Shown one piece after another: positions 62,201 through 64,000 of a stretch of 64,000 nt of DNA (position 1 is its first letter; every line of letters starts with the position of its first letter). Under the pieces are notes generated by a model, which was not told where the DNA came from, searched no databases, and saw only the letters and a list, made by a program, of their open reading frames with translations. The translations under genes and the position numbers were made by a program. This stretch comes from Octopus vulgaris (Eukaryota), in the NCBI GenBank assembly GCA_951406725.2, contig OX597821.1:77624001-77688000 (forward strand), given 5' to 3'.

Positions 62201-63106
62201 ATTGGGTTGTTTAGGACTTCACACCAAGTACTCTGTAGAGTTCATTGAATTAATACTCATAGATACTTAAGTGCAGGCTGTGTGGTTAGAACTTGTAGTG
62301 TGAGAAAGTATATATATTTGATAGTGTGATGTAACTCTTTGGAATAACAATGCATGCGGCTGAAGAGAGCTTTAAACTATCTTTTATAAAGCAGATGAGG
62401 GCTGTTCAAATGATTATGTTTCTATTGCTTATTGTACCAACTGATGCAGATATTTTTTTATCAGTGGGAACACTTACATCTTAATGTGCAAGTGGCTGAG
62501 CACTCCATAGTAGCTGTCCACCGAAGTTCCATATAATATGGGAATGAAAAAGGAAAAGGAGGAAAATACAATGTTACTAAAACAAAGACACATTCACAAG
62601 TAGACAAACAAATGGTTTGATTAGGGTATAATCAATTTGGCGAGGAAACTAAAGAGAAAATATTACGACGATGACCACCACAGATCTACAATGGAAGAAT
62701 TCACCACGTGTAGTTGAGGGTAAAAGAAATCGTTGAACGACAGTAAGTACGTCCAAAATTTATAAAGCAGTGACATACATACATACATAGATACTTGTAG
62801 CACACATGTATATACATGCAGAGTGAAAATAAATCACACTATTTAATGTGACGGACTACACTGCAAAAAAATCAAAAATTTCATTTCTGTTTACAAACTT
62901 TCTCCGTGTCTATACGCACAAATACTTTTATGTATACACACGCAATATTTAAGAAAAAAAGGAATATACACAAAAAAGAACGAAACATGTGTATATACAC
63001 ACACAATATTTAAGAACAAGGAATATACACAAAAAAGAACGAATCAAAACAAATATTTTATATTTTACTTTTATCGTATTGTTGTTTACATTTTCTGTCT
63101 CTACGG

Positions 63107-64000
63107 ATGACCAGAACCAACAGAATCGCCATGGTGAAATCCATAGCGGCGTGCGATAAGACTGGTCGCTGCTCTAAAATAGAACACTGCCCAGAAAATC
63201 ACACCTGCCACATCTGTACGGAACCCGAAAATACGTTCCGTAATCGCTGGGTCGAATGTGGGACATGTCTCATCTCTGTCTGCCTCCAATGTGCCACGGA
63301 CTTTCAGAAGATCCCAGGCCAAAAAAAGAGCCATCATAATGCTATGATGGATAGACTCTGGAAGTTGGTTCAGCTTAAATCTTGGACTTTTCAGTGTCAG
63401 GCCTGCGTGCCTCCACAACCGACGATTGTGTCTCCCCCTGCCACTCCCGTGGAGGAGGCGGAACAGCAACAGCAGCAACAACAAAATCAACCACAACCAG
63501 AGCAGCAGCAACAACAAAATCAACCACAACCAGAGCAGCAGCAACAACAACATCAACAACAAAATCAACCACAACCAGAGCAACAACAACAACACCAATT
63601 GACCAGTGCGGTTCTTGCAGAACTGCAACAATCGATCTGTGCTTTAAAAGGGGAAGTAGCAGGAATAAAAGCAACCATTCAGGTTGGACTCCACAATGAG
63701 GGGTCTTATCGGAATGCTCTGCTAAAGAACCTCCCTGTACCTGTACCTCTTGTCGCATTTAAGACCGCGGATTCTGCCACCCATGAAGTCATTGCCATTG
63801 GGGTGCCAGAAGACATGGCTGATCTTCAGGCTTTTGCTGCCAACTCAGCCAAAGACCTAGGCTGCGTTCCCCCAACGGGTGCTATCCGCCTTGGACGACC
63901 TGGCCCAAAACCTAGGCTCATCAAGTTGTCTTTTACGGACCCCACTGAGGCAACCTCTTACCATCTGGCCTCAGTTAAAGCTGGGCGGGAAAATCGGACC
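63107..64000 (+). CDS. LINE ORF1 (CR1/L2-type: PHD-like finger, polyQ linker, coiled coil, RRM), open to window end
   Basis: 298 codons with no stop: MTRTNRIAMV..CHIC..RWVECGTCLISVCLQC..WTFQCQAC..(EQQQQQNQPQP)n..LAELQQSICALKGEV..SYRNALLK..VIAIGVPE..IRLGRPGPKPRLIKLSF. Absent from the ORF track because it has no stop in the window. Confidence 0.85.
   Translation, partial: MTRTNRIAMVKSIAACDKTGRCSKIEHCPENHTCHICTEPENTFRNRWVECGTCLISVCLQCATDFQKIPGQKKSHHNAMMDRLWKLVQLKSWTFQCQACVPPQPTIVSPPATPVEEAEQQQQQQQNQPQPEQQQQQNQPQPEQQQQQHQQQNQPQPEQQQQHQLTSAVLAELQQSICALKGEVAGIKATIQVGLHNEGSYRNALLKNLPVPVPLVAFKTADSATHEVIAIGVPEDMADLQAFAANSAKDLGCVPPTGAIRLGRPGPKPRLIKLSFTDPTEATSYHLASVKAGRENRT

Noticed and set aside
63101-63758. 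Minus-strand hydrophobic ORFs and the + strand Thr-rich ORF
   Set aside because: Shadow frames of the polyQ region in the + strand LINE ORF1.

Overview
AT-rich, repeat-dense eukaryotic DNA. The SINE and microsatellite repertoire looks cephalopod (Octopus-like); this is an inference. One complete protein-coding gene can be assembled by hand: a 7-exon LDLRAP1/ARH orthologue on + (43868..57368, 303 aa). It has an N-terminal PTB domain and the beta2-adaptin-binding motif LDDCFSRLAEYR. Its 8-kb first intron holds a decayed antisense Mag-like Ty3/Gypsy element and an Sp1/CCAAT/SRE-like motif cluster. The first 43 kb is mostly transposon debris: several tRNA-SINE families, Tc1, a MITE, non-autonomous Helentrons, and HERO, RTE, CR1 and CRE LINE ends. 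It may also hold a few exons of a divergently transcribed minus-strand gene. The window ends inside an uninterrupted CR1/L2-type ORF1 (PHD finger, polyQ, RRM). The most unusual signals are RNA-structural. (1) A tRNA-headed element carries a Penelope-type hammerhead ribozyme inside inverted repeats, and its core is flipped between the two copies. (2) The 3' UTR of a HERO-like LINE has a full hammerhead core with non-canonical (crossed) strand order. (3) Several unrelated hammerhead-bearing palindromes are present. All calls are from manual reading; no searches were run.
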